A DNA stretch of 64,000 nt from Phaeosaccion multiseriatum (GCA_965112735.1 OZ218954.1:2542001-2606000), one strand, 5' to 3'. Positions 25,101 to 37,700 are shown, numbered from the stretch's first letter. The notes: a model not told the origin generated them from the letters alone. Numbers and translations are program-made.

Positions 25101-28100
25101 CCAGTGGGACCTTGAATGGGCTCAACAGGCCCAATCTGGCCCCTGGTTGGGCCCAAAGCAAGCATTTGCGGGGCACAAACAGCCTAAATGACGGGTTGGC
25201 GTGTCTCAACATGCCCGCGCAGAGCATCGGATCATCACGACTGGCCTATCCGACACACTGCATCGCCACAACAGCGCCCAGTGGGACCTTGAATGGGCTC
25301 AACAGGCCCAATCTGGCCCCTGGTTGGGCCCAAAGCAAGCATTTGCGGGGCACAAACAGCCTAAATGACGGGTTGGTGTGTCATACCATGCTTGCGCAGA
25401 GCATTGGATCAGCACGACTGGCCTATCCGACACACTGCATCGCCACAACAGCGCCCACTGGGACCTTGAATGGGCTCAACAGGCCCAATCTGGCCCCTGG
25501 TTGGGCCCAAAGCAAGCATTTGCGGGGCACAAACAGCCTAAATGACGGGTTACTATGTCATACCATGCCCGCGCAGAGCATCGGATCATCACGACTGGCC
25601 TATCCGACACACTGCATCGCCACAACAGCGCCCACTGGGACGTCGAATGGGCTCAACAGGCCCAATCTGGCCCCTGGTTGGGCCCAAAGCAAGCATTTGC
25701 GGGGCACAAACAGCCTAAATGACGGGTTGGTGTGTCATACCATGCCTGCGCAGAGCATCGGATCATCACGACTGGCCTATCCGACACACTGCATCGCCAC
25801 AACAGCGCCCACTGGGACCTTGAATGGGCTCAACAGGCCCAATCTGGCCCCTGGTTGGGCCCAAAGCAAGCATTTGCGGGGCACAAACAGCCTAAATGAC
25901 GGGTTAGTGTGTCATACCATGCTTGCGCAGAGCATCGGATCATCACGACTGGCCTATCCGACACACTGCATCGCCACAACAGCGCCCAGTGGGACGTCGA
26001 ATGGGCTCAACAGGCCCAATCTGGCCCCTGGTTGGGCCCAAAGCAAGCATTTGCGGGGCACAAATAGCCTAAATGATGGGTTGGCGTGTCATACCATGCC
26101 CGCGCAGAGCATCGGATCATCACGACTGGCCTATCCGACACACTGCATCGCCACAACAGCGCCCAGTGGGACCTTGAATGGGCTCAACAGGCCCAATCTG
26201 GCCCCTGGTTGGGCCCAAAGCAAGCATTTGCGGGGCACAAACAGCCTAAATGACGGGTTGGTGTGTCATACTATGCCTGCGCAGAGCATCGGATCATCAC
26301 GACTGGCCTATCCGACACACTGCATCGCCACAACAGCGCCCAGTGGGACCTTGAATGGGCTCAACAGGCCCAATCTGGCCCCTGGTTGGGCCCAAAGCAA
26401 GCATTTGCGGGGCACAAACAGCCTAAATGACGGGTTGGTGTGTCATACCATGCCCGCGCAGAGCATCGGATCATCACGACTGGCCTATCCGACACACTGC
26501 ATCGCCACAACAGCGCCCAGTGGGACCTTGAATGGGCTCAACAGGCCCAATCTGGCCCCTGGTTGGGCCCAAAGCAAGCATTTGCGGGGCACAAACAGCC
26601 TAAATGACGGGTTGGCGTGTCTCAACATGCCCGCGCAGAGCATCGGATCATCACGACTGGCCTATCCGACACACTGCATCGCCACAACAGCGCCCACTGG
26701 GACCTTGAATGGGCTCAACAGGCCCAATCTGGCCCCTGGTTGGGCCCAAAGCAAGCATTTGCGGGGCACAAACAGCCTAAATGACGGGTTGGTGTGTCAT
26801 ACCATGCCTGCGCAGAGCATCGGATCATCACGACTGGCCTATCCGACACACTGCATCGCCACAACAGCGCCCAGTGGGACCTTGAATGGGCTCAACAGGC
26901 CCAATCTGGCCCCTGGTTGGGCCCAAAGCAAGCATTTGCGGGGCACAAACAGCCTAAATGACGGGTTGGTGTGTCATACCATGCTTGCGCAGAGCATTGG
27001 ATCAGCACGACTGGCCTATCCGACACACTGCATCGCCACAACAGCGCCCAGTGGGACGTCGAATGGGCTCAACAGGCCCAATCTGGCCCCTGGTTGGGCC
27101 CAAAGCAAGCATTTGCGGGGCACAAACAGCCTAAATGACGGGTTGGTGTGTCATACCATGCTTGCGCAGAGCATTGGATCAGCACGACTGGCCTATCCGA
27201 CACACTGCATCGCCACAACAGCGCCCACTGGGACGTCGAATGGGCTCAACAGGCCCAATCTGGCCCCTGGTTGGGCCCAAAGCAAGCATTTGCGGGGCAC
27301 AAACAGCCTAAATGACGGGTTGGTGTGTCATACCATGCCTGCGCAGAGCATCGGATCATCACGACTGGCCTATCCGACACACTGCATCGCCACAACAGCG
27401 CCCACTGGGACCTTGAATGGGCTCAACAGGCCCAATCTGGCCCCTGGTTGGGCCCAAAGCAAGCATTTGCGGGGCACAAACAGCCTAAATGACGGGTTAG
27501 TGTGTCATACCATGCTTGCGCAGAGCATCGGATCATCACGACTGGCCTATCCGACACACTGCATCGCCACAACAGCGCCCAGTGGGACGTCGAATGGGCT
27601 CAACAGGCCCAATCTGGCCCCTGGTTGGGCCCAAAGCAAGCATTTGCGGGGCACAAATAGCCTAAATGATGGGTTGGCGTGTCATACCATGCCCGCGCAG
27701 AGCATCGGATCATCACGACTGGCCTATCCGACACACTGCATCGCCACAACAGCGCCCAGTGGGACCTTGAATGGGCTCAACAGGCCCAATCTGGCCCCTG
27801 GTTGGGCCCAAAGCAAGCATTTGCGGGGCACAAACAGCCTAAATGACGGGTTGGTGTGTCATACCATGCCTGCGCAGAGCATCGGATCATCACGACTGGC
27901 CTATCCGACACACTGCATCGCCACAACAGCGCCCAGTGGGACCTTGAATGGGCTCAACAGGCCCAATCTGGCCCCTGGTTGGGCCCAAAGCAAGCATTTG
28001 CGGGGCACAAACAGCCTAAATGACGGGTTGGTGTGTCATACCATGCCCGCGCAGAGCATCGGATCATCACGACTGGCCTATCCGACACACTGCATCGCCA

Positions 28101-28707
28101 CAACAGCGCCCAGTGGGACCTTGAATGGGCTCAACAGGCCCAATCTGGCCCCTGGTTGGGCCCAAAGCAAGCATTTGCGGGGCACAAACAGCCTAAATGA
28201 CGGGTTGGCGTGTCTCAACATGCCCGCGCAGAGCATCGGATCATCACGACTGGCCTATCCGACACACTGCATCGCCACAACAGCGCCCACTGGGACCTTG
28301 AATGGGCTCAACAGGCCCAATCTGGCCCCTGGTTGGGCCCAAAGCAAGCATTTGCGGGGCACAAACAGCCTAAATGACGGGTTGGTGTGTCATACCATGC
28401 CTGCGCAGAGCATCGGATCATCACGACTGGCCTATCCGACACACTGCATCGCCACAACAGCGCCCAGTGGGACCTTGAATGGGCTCAACAGGCCCAATCT
28501 GGCCCCTGGTTGGGCCCAAAGCAAGCATTTGCGGGGCACACACAGCCTAAATGACGGGTTAGCGTGTCATGACATACCCGCGCAGAGCATCGTATCAGCA
28601 CGACTGGCCCAACCGACACGCTGCATCGCCAGAACAGCGCCAAGTGGGGCGTTGAGTGCTCTCAAAAGGCCCAATCTTGCTCTTGGTTGGGCCCAAAGCA
28701 AGCATTT
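7115..28707. repeat. 177-bp satellite array, right segment (~122 monomers) with higher-order repeats
   Basis: Same unit. Marker spacings of 1416 (8x177), 1593 (9x177) and 2124 (12x177); eight 172-bp variant monomers; last monomer diverged. Confidence 0.99.
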
Positions 28708-28901
28708 AGGGTGTGTGTGAACCCCGAGGAGGTTTAAGGATAGAAATATGTATGGCAGCAGATATGGAGAGCATAGTGCTCTTTGGTGCTCAAGCTCAGA
28801 AAAGGAGGCGGGGAGGGGAGCCCTCGAGAGCAGGTACGGGAGTGTTCAAGTAGAGGAGAGTGAGAGTATAGGAAAGCATGGTCGCAGTAGGGCCCGACTA
28901 G

Positions 28902-30744
28902 CTTTCGGCGCTCAGACGAAGGTGGTAAGCCACTGCATGAGAGGCCTCCCTCGAGTCGTAGGCGAGGACCAGGGAGATGTCCAAACTCCTGCTCCAAGGC
29001 GTCGCAGCACACTGAGCGCTATCTAAATCTACGCCGTCGCCGCGGTTGTGAGAGACCAAGTGCTATAGACCTGCACCTCCAAGTGGCCACCTGCATGCTC
29101 CAAGTAAAAAGGTTTCTCATCATACTATTATAGAGGGGGCAGTCGTGAGAGAGACTCAAACCGCGGATGCGCAGAGCGCCTCCAAGGGGGCCGCCCCCTG
29201 CATATATGGGGGGGGGGCGGCTAGCAGGTTCCGGATGTAGTGGGGCTTGGGGTGCTACCGCAGTGAGCACACCAAGTCCCGCTTCACCCCCACCCATCCG
29301 AGTACCCACAGGTGCGCTGCGGCCGCAGCAGCACCCGCCCCGACCTCTAGTCGTGAGCTCGCTCTTCCGATCGGAGTCGGCCTCGCGATATCGACAATCC
29401 GTCTCCTTCCCTTGACCGCTCCTCGGCCCAATATGTCTCTCGTATGGAGCTGCCATGGGAGAGCTGCACGAGCCCTCGCATCGAAGGCCAGCTTCGCCCC
29501 CACCTACCTAGATGAGACCACATGGTGCCGTGGTGGTGCAGCTTGCCTGTTCCCTGTCGAGCCCATCGGCCGCCACGTTCGCCTCCTGCTGACGATCCAT
29601 CTCACGCCCCTCCGCACAGCAGCTGGTTGTTGTACACACCACAAAAACAAGTGTGATATACATACACACAAACGCACACATACACGGACACACACAGACA
29701 CACCAACACACACACAGACGCACGCCACCACACACAGATATACACACACACGCCGTGTGTGTACGGACGCTGGGGCTGTCGCAGCTGTTGCCAAGGCGGA
29801 CTGCCCTCCCCGCTTAGAGGACCAGCAGCCCCAAAACTGAAGCGAGCGCCAGTCAGCCCCACTGGTAGCAAGAGCTGTAGCACCGCCACTCCGTAGAGTG
29901 GGGGAACTGATCCGCCGGGCAGAGTCCCTCCCGGCCCTTGCCGCACCAGCTTTGAGGGCTCTGCTGACCTGCTGAGAAGTGATAGACGTCCTCCGCCCTG
30001 CCGACTAGTCGACGTAGGAGGGGAGTAGGTTGCCTTTCCTCCCATCAAAGCGGAGCACGTCTCCGGTCGCTCCTAGAAGAGCCACGCCTACCGGGAGCTG
30101 CGTCACGCTGTCGCCATCTTTGAGTTTGTGGCTCTGTAGAAGCAATACTGCACCTGCCTGCCAACCGCAGGGCCCTTTCTTCCCTCGCGAGATAAAAGGG
30201 CATTGACCCTCCAACGTCGACCCCTTGTTGTGCTGCTCCTCGCGACACCAGACAAGAAAAGTCATGAAGATCTCGGCGTTCTGGGGGTCGTCGACTCCAA
30301 ATAGTAGGGGTGGCATACAGTGAGGTCCGAATCGTGGGCAACCATTACTCATTGTAACAGCTACCCCTCTAGACAACCCACAAATAGGGGTCCACAGTAC
30401 CCCCACTAGTTCGCAGAACTCGATCCATTGGCGTTGGACCAATGAGTAGCGATCCAGGGTGCTAGGGAGGAGACCGCTGGTTGCGGCTGACCGAGCAGGG
30501 CGGAGACAACGGTGTCCAAGATGGTTGAGTCCGGCGCCACTTGCGTCCACAGGCTGTAGGTGAGGAGCAATAGGAGAGAAGCTGTCCGTACCAATGAGAT
30601 GCTCAATCCAAGCACGGCTGAGCTCATCAGAGATGAGGTTGGTAGGTCCAGGGATATCAATGGTGTCGAGGCTGCAACGAGTGCCGATCCACAAGAGGCC
30701 CACCAGCCCAGCTAAGCCGTTGCTGATGGAGCTGGCCTGACAGT
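28902..30744 (-). mobile_element. Degenerate YR retrotransposon (RNase H C-terminus + tyrosine recombinase + 3' region with B-like repeat)
   Basis: Minus strand reads IDIPGPTNLISDELSR (RNase H end) then YR motifs. 28902-29520 is a diverged reverse-complement match to element segments ~4205-4317 and ~5670-6179, ending in the same cgaaag. Confidence 0.85.
29815..30490 (-). pseudogene. Tyrosine recombinase pseudogene (DIRS/Ngaro type)
   Basis: N-terminal GLLPSTLDRYSLVQRQWIEFC and FMTFLVWC...KGSTLEG. Past a TAG at 30005, the same frame gives VSRALKAGAARAG...ISSPTLRSGGATALATSGADWRSLQFWGCWSS (degenerate HSLRxGGAT and GRWxS box II). Internal deletion and stop. Confidence 0.85.
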
Positions 30745-31250
30745 CATCCCCTCAACACGATTCGCATCAGCCGGTGAGAATGCCCACAACCCGCGGCAAC
30801 CCCTTGCGGCAGGCGAGTACATTCATATAACCCCTCCTCAATAGTGCTGTTATAATGCCCCGACGTGACATCCGAAATCGAAACAAGACACGCATTTACC
30901 ACGCACGCAAATGTGTCCTCTATACCATGGGTATAGGCACCTTCGGCACCACCGTCTGCGAATTCAGCTTGATATTATTGCATGTCAACCGTACTGCACC
31001 TGAAGGCTTGAGCACAGCGACCAGAGGCGCGGCCCAGTTGGATTCGGAGGGGCGCAGAATCCCTTGGGCGACCAAACGATCCACTTCTACCTGTATCTGC
31101 TGCGTTATTAGAGGGGAATACCGGTATGGGCGTGAGGCTTGGGGTGTTGCGTACCGCTTCAGCCGAATGGCGAAGGGGGGGGTGTCACACCTTCCCACAT
31201 CCCACCGATCTTTGGAGAAGCTCTCCAAGTGATGGAGTAGCAGCGCCAGC
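30744..31250 (-). pseudogene. Reverse transcriptase fragment, Ty3/Gypsy-like
   Basis: DVGRCDTPPFAIRL...RPYRYSP...EVDRLVAQGILRPSESNWAAPLVAVLKPSGAVRL; after a frameshift IEDTF...SDVTSGHYN...GLYECTRLPQGVAAG...RLMRIVLRG*. Truncated before YxDD. Confidence 0.88.
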
Positions 31251-31501
31251 GGCTTTCACAGAAAAAAAAAAAAGGGCGAAAATTCCACAAATTCGACCTC
31301 TCCCGCCTCCTCGGCCGCGCCGCACTCTACCTCATCCAAGACCATGTCATGCGAACCATCGGCTAGTCGTGCGCACACACGTATGACCACAGGCTTTACA
31401 GCAAACATTGAAATTGTGAAGAGGGAATCGCCAAATGACAAATACGGATATCAAACACGTGCACAAGACCTCATTTTCATAGAAAAAACGAAAGCGAGCG
31501 A

Positions 31502-32521
31502 ATGTTTACGGTGGGAAGCCTGCTTCTTCTCGTCTTCGTCCTCTCAGATAGTTCTTCTGCTGCTACTGGTGCCTCTTCTTCTGCTGGTGGTACTGGTACG
31601 GCGATTGTCTCCAAGAAGCACCCTGGCGCAAAGCTCACTGCTGCTCCTGCTGCTGGAGGAACACAAAGGAAAGGCAACGCTTGGCCTTTGAGGGGGGCGC
31701 TATCCGCTACTGCGAATGCTGCTCGCCGATTTTGCATGATTGGCAGCACCAACGCGGCGACTGCCTCTGAAGATGACTTCTTTCGGGAGGTGGATAGTTT
31801 GACGACGCAGGTCGATGATGCGACCGCATCGGAGGAGGAGGACTATTACGATTGCTGGGAGAATGGACCTCAAGTCGAGGCCCATCCCCTTCGCATGGAG
31901 GCTTGGAAAATACATATGCGTTACTGCCTTGGGCTCAAGAAGAAGGTGGTCTCGGTACGTGCAAGACACATCCGCCTCTCACTCTCTCTCTATCTCTCTT
32001 TTCGCGAAGCTTAACTCTCTCTCTATCTCCCTCTTCGCGAAGCTTACGCCTCTTTCCCCCTCCTGTAAGAGCAGATGCGTTTCCTGCCGAACGGGGACGT
32101 GCTAACAGCTGATGGCAGGCAAGGGAAGTGGAAGTTTGATATTGGGGGCTTGCAATGGGATGTCTATGCGGATGGGACCATAGAGCACCATAGCGCGGAA
32201 CTCCATTGGAATATCTTCGGAGCTCAGCCGAGAATGTACAGGTGCGCTTTCAGACGTTACGGGGCACGCGGAACTTTGCACGCCGTGATTCGCTTTTCGT
32301 TCTTACTGAGCGTTCTTCCTGTCCCCCTTGCTTTGCAAAACAGGGGTAGTGTTACTCGCGATCGCTATGAATCGTCTTTGCTCCCTCGGTGGCTCTTTCG
32401 CCCGGTGATTGCCACGTTTACAGCTTTTGGAGAAGGGGATGACACCGCTGACACCTCATATAGGTACAGACAAGGCGATTCGCAGCGAGCAGCGCCGCCC
32501 AGCCGATTCAACGGGGGATGA
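31502..32521 (+). CDS. Hypothetical protein with N-terminal signal peptide (3 exons)
   Basis: ATG 31502 MFTVGSLLLLVFVLSDSSS; GT-AG introns ~31955-32074 and ~32242-32343 join in frame to HWNIFGAQPRMYRGSVTRDR...LFRPVIATF...DTAD. Confidence 0.7.
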
Positions 32522-32589
32522 AGTCAAGACGGACATTGTTTATCACAAGGGGGGCTGCTACCTTGGGGGAAGATGAGAGAGTACCCTTA

Positions 32590-34083
32590 CTACCGTTTCC
32601 TTCCGAGATACGCCGCTTTCCACGCGTTGAGATCGACAGGGTGGCTCTCTGGTGTTGCGTTCACATCCTCCCGCCAGATTTTGATCGTCTTGTCAGCCTC
32701 ACACGTGATCAAGCGCGAGCCAGACTTGTCGAAGGATGAAGCGTATATACCTGCCTCGGAATCGAGGGAACCTGGCTGCACGATTGTGTCCATCTTCTGG
32801 AAGGCGTGGCCCGTCTTGTAGTCCCACAGGGTCATGGAGCCATCGTCTCCGCCGGAGAACAGGACGTTATCCTCATTGATGGAAAGAGTATTGATGACAG
32901 AGTTGTGGCCAGACAGGTTGTGGAGAAAGACACCATCTCGCGCCTGCCACTTCTTCAAATTGAACGCAGAAGCAGATACAAAAGTGAATTCTCGAGGATG
33001 CATCTTCAGGTCGCGAACGGCTTTCTTGTGGTGCGTCAGGGTGGTAAGAGCCTGTAGGTAGAGGAACCGGGGCGAAAGAGAGGGCTGATTCAGGGACAGA
33101 ACAAAGAGCGATGCAATAAACAAACGAGCGCGCCCAAAACCTTTCTCGCGACACACCTTTCCAGCGACGAGGTCCCACAACTTGATTTGCGCGTCGTACG
33201 ACCCTGTGATGATCTGAGGGTCCACTGCATTGGTCGCAATGGCGCCTACCGCGTTAGTGTGCCCCCCTAGACAGTGCACCTGTTTCCTCGTGCGCATATC
33301 CCACACTCGAGCGACGGCATCGCGCCCTCCAGACACCAACACATCCAGAGTGGGATGGAGAGAGAGTGCAAAGATGCCGCTCAAATGGCCGTGGTAGTTC
33401 CGGATGACCTTATTGTACTCCAAATCCCAGCACATGATTTTCTTGTCTTCGCCTGCCGAGAAAAGGTATGGGTGTCGGTCGCTCACTTGGAGAGCCCGTA
33501 CGCTGTTGACATGGCCCGTCAGAGTCAACTTCAGTCCGCCCTCCGCCCCGGCGCAACACTTTGCGAAATCCCACACCTGTGAGACACGGGGAGCGGGGGG
33601 GGGGGATACGAGCAAAAGAGTTGGGTTCCTCACTCACCCATCTTTGTTTACGTCCTTTGAGCTATTATAGAAGGTCTCACTCACCTTTATGGTTCGGTCC
33701 CCAGCTCCGGTGACGAACCACTCATTCCCCGCGTCGAAGGCAATGGCCCTTACCCAGCCCAGGTGGCCAGACACGACACTCTGAAGCTTCCAAGGGGCAT
33801 GCCAGTCAGGAGCGGGCACCTTCGTAGGGCCTTTGGTCGCCAATACCAGTGCAGCCCCGGTCGTTGTGCTTACACTACCAGCCTTGACGATGCTATTCTG
33901 CGTCGCGGTCTTGTTCGTTGCAAGTACCAGCGCCCCACTCTGCTGCTGGTCACTCAAAGACGCCCCCCCTCTACGTCCTGATATTACATCCGCGACCTTT
34001 TGCTCCTGCTTCTCCTCCGTAATACGTTGGATCACTGCGGTAACGTTGCTCGTATCCAAAGTGGCTGTTCTCTCATCCTCTTC

Positions 34084-34114
<31 letters not shown>

Positions 34115-34531
34115 TGCGGCTGCTCGACGTTCACTGCCTGACCCAATCCAGCACCAGCGCCAACCTTCGCCTGTCCATGGGACCGTTTCCCCCCCGAGTG
34201 TTCCAGCCCAGTGTACTCGCTCGCCATCTTCACTGCGATTTTCAGCTTCTGACTGAAGAGGCACAGCGCGAGAAACACGGCAGACGAGAGCATGGGAGAG
34301 ACAACAAGGCATGAGTCGTTGTGAGAGAGAGTGATGGACTAGATGGACGTCCTCCGGCATCCACGCCAAAAAAGAGACCCACCTCGCGGGGAACGCTGGC
34401 ACAGGCCGAGCTGAATTAAAGCAGCTGTTGCCAGCGTCCTTCCCCCCTCCAGCAGAGAACATCGCATAGGTCCGCTTCATACTCTGGCACAACCTCCTCT
34501 TCCCGTCCTCTTGCTGCTGCTGTGCCTTCAT
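32590..34531 (-). CDS. PLRG1: Pleiotropic regulator 1 / Prp46 WD40 spliceosomal protein
   Basis: [70 protein letters not shown]; multi-exon. Confidence 0.96.
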
Positions 34532-34775
34532 GGTGCAAACAAGGGTGCTGAAGAAGGGAGGGGAAGCAAAAGAGGATTCGAGGAGGGGAAGGTTACCCCC
34601 CGGGAAATATCTTCAGCCGGATCGAGGTCACCAGTGTTTTGTTCGGCCTCCTCCTCCGTTCCGTCTAGTCTAGCTCTGGAGCCCATCAGCAGCAGCAGCA
34701 GCAGCAGCAGCGGAGCACTACGGGGTGAAACTTGTTAGGAAAAAGGAAGCGGTGCGTTCAAGCAAAGAGACCAGA

Positions 34776-37700
34776 ATGGCCCTGCCGCAAGGAGACGTTG
34801 AGGGTGCTGAGGCCAATGGTGCGGCTGCACTTGGTGTGGGGAAGGTAGACCAAGCCAATGGTGGCGGGATTGCGGAGGAGGAGCAGCTGGAGGCTCAGAC
34901 TTTTGATGCCGAGGAGGATGGGGAAGGGAAGGTGGGTCCTTCTGAGCCTTTGCTACCTGGCCATGGTCCGTTCTGATTGCAGGCCTCCGCTCTCGCCCCC
35001 TCCGGTGCTTTCCCCGCTGCTTGTTTGTGCTGCGCAGGATGGCGCCAATGCGAAGCGCCGGCACGGGAAGAGCTCGCTTGATGGTGAGGGTGACGACGAC
35101 GAGAATGTATCCGGCTCCTCGGTGCCTGAACCGGAGTCGCTTGGAAACAAACGGCACAAGAGCAACAGCGGGGACGTCACTGCGGTCTCCGCGGTGGAAG
35201 GTGGTACAGACCCTTCAGGTGATGACAAGGAGAAGGGGGCCACCGAGGACGGAGGCACCGCAATAGGGGTCGATGGGGGGGCAGGTGCCGGCGAGGAGGA
35301 TGTCCCGCAGGGGCCAGGCGTGGTGCGGCTTCGAGGTAAGGAAGATACGAAACAGCGTGAGACGTACGCACCGTCATGTGTAGAATATTGCCTGAGCGCG
35401 AAAGCCTGATTGTGTTACAGGGTTGCCCTGGAATGCGGGCCGCAAGGAGGTCACTGATTTCCTGAGTGGCATCGAGATTGATCCAGAGAAGGTGAGGAGT
35501 GTGGAGTAAGTTGGGGCGTGGTCGTCAATTGTATCCCCACTTGACCATATTGAGCGTTTCGTTTTCAGGTTTTCATCGTCCACAACGCAAGGGGGGAGGC
35601 GTTTGTGGAGCTTGCCAATCAGGTGGGTCGGTGTCCACGGCGGCAGGACATGTCGTGTTGTGTCTTTTCTTTGTTTTTGGCATCTTAAGTCCAACACCAA
35701 TTGACCTCGGTAGGGTCTGTTTAACGCGTGCTTGGCGAGGGATCGAGCTACCATCGGGAGAAGGTACATTGAGGTGTTCAAAGCCACTGCGGACGAGCTG
35801 CTGATGGCAAAGGACGCGGTGAAGAACAAGGGCCAGGAGGACGCGGAATACAAGGGTGTGCTGAGGATGAGGGGTTTACCATGGTCTGCGAACGAGACGG
35901 AAGTCAAAGTAAGCGTTTATCCCCCCTCCGCCCAAGCGAGTGGTCTCTGCTCCTTGCTAAGATTTGCCCCTCCCTTTTGTGCGTCCACGACTTCCAAAGG
36001 CCTTTTTTGACGGTTGTGCGGTGACAGAGGTTCAGATGATCCGATCACGCGATGGCAGGGCCAGTGGAGAGGCTTTTGTGGTGAGTGGTGGAGCTTGGCG
36101 TTTGATTATGTGCGGCCCAGCCCCTTCGCCCATTTGCTGATGATATAACATCGTTGGCTGGTCGGATGTTGACGGATAGGTGTTTGAGACAGAGGAGGCT
36201 GCCGAGGAAGGATTGAAGCGCAACAAGAATAAGATCGGGGAACGGTGGATTGACCTGTTTGCAGCCTCCAAGGGGGAGGTGTACAGCATGAACGCACAGA
36301 ACCAGGACCTGGGGGGTCCGGCGTCAGGAGGTACGGGCGGCGTAGACACTGCACTTGCTGCTTTCGGTACCGGACTTCAGAAGCACCCTTCAACCTATCA
36401 AGGGGTGCTTAGGCTGAGAGGGCTGCCCTTCAACGCGACCAAGAGCGAAGTTCGCGCCTTCTTCAAGGACTTTGCCATTGCGGAGTCTGACATTCACATC
36501 CTCCTCCGGGAGAATGGTCGATCCACTGGAGATGCCTTTGTGGTACGTCAGAATGTGTTTGCAGGCGTTGGTTCCTTGCACGTTGCTTACGTACGTGTAT
36601 GTCGCGGCAGGTGTTCGACACCGAAGCCAACGCCAAGGAAGCGTTGAAGCTGGACAAGCAAAAGATGGGGGACCGCTGGCTGGACATTTTCCAATCAAAT
36701 GTGGGAGAGGTCCTCAGTCGCTGCGGCAGCACCATAGCAGCAGCCGCCAAGCCGGATGCAGGGTTCGCTGGAGTGCTTCGGCTTCGCGGTTTGCCGTACA
36801 GTGCAGGTGTGCGAGACATTAGTGACTTCCTCCAAGGACGGCCAGCGCAGGAAAGGGGGATATTCATCATCAACGGGCAGGACGGTCGACCGACGGGGGA
36901 AGCATTTGTAGTGTTCAAGACGGAGGTGCGTGTGTGGGGCGTATACACTGCACTTTTCTTTGTTCTCTGCCGTCTTACCTGGACTCCTCCCCTGACTTGA
37001 ATCCCGAAGGACGACGCCACGGCGGCTCGCACGGCTCTTGACAAGCAGAAGGTCGGAGATCGCTGGATTGAGATTTTCCAGTGTACCAAGGGAGAGCTGT
37101 ACTCTTGTCTTGCGCGGGGCGAAGGCCGCTTTTCGAGGGGGCCTGCTACGTGTACACGACTCAGAGGCCTCCCCTACACCGTCACAGAGGATGATATTTT
37201 CTCCTTCTTCGGGGGACTCAACGTTATAGGTGGGTGGAGGGGGGTTCTGTGTCTCTTTTCCATCTGTGCTGTGTTGGAAGGGGGGGAGGAAGTGGGTGTG
37301 ACTTCCCTTGCTCTCCTTACTTACATGACTCTTCTCCGTTCGAACAGGTATCTTCATCTGCAAAGACCACGGGCAGAGGCCTACGGGGGAAGGCTTTGTT
37401 GAGTTTTCCACCCACGAGGATTGTACTAGTGCCATGTCGAAGAACAGGGACTACATGCAGGAAAGGTGAGTGCAGACGCGCAAAATCAAGATGGGATAGG
37501 TTGTAGAGTGCGTCCGTTGCTCCAAGCTGACATTCTGCTTCTCTCTTCATTCTCTCATCCCGTCCGTTTTACAAGATTCGTGGAAGTCTTTAGCTGTAGC
37601 AAAGATTTTGTTCTGCAGCAGATTGGGCAAGGAGGAGACGGAGGGGGCGGGCCTCGGGGAGGTTACGGGCAGCAGAGGCCTAACATGCCCCCCCAGGGGG

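Noticed and set aside
1-28707. CRISPR-like array
   Set aside because: No unique spacers (whole monomers repeat), no cas genes, eukaryotic context.
28705-28712. TTTAGGG telomere-like motif at the array end
   Set aside because: Single copy, partly formed by the satellite's own cattt.
27-28720. Giant ORFs (up to 2609 aa) of 59-aa repeats
   Set aside because: 177 is divisible by 3, so one stop-free frame propagates. The listed starts are TTG/GTG, common variants are largely non-synonymous, and a stop-plus-frameshift monomer was amplified eight times. This is satellite, not a gene.
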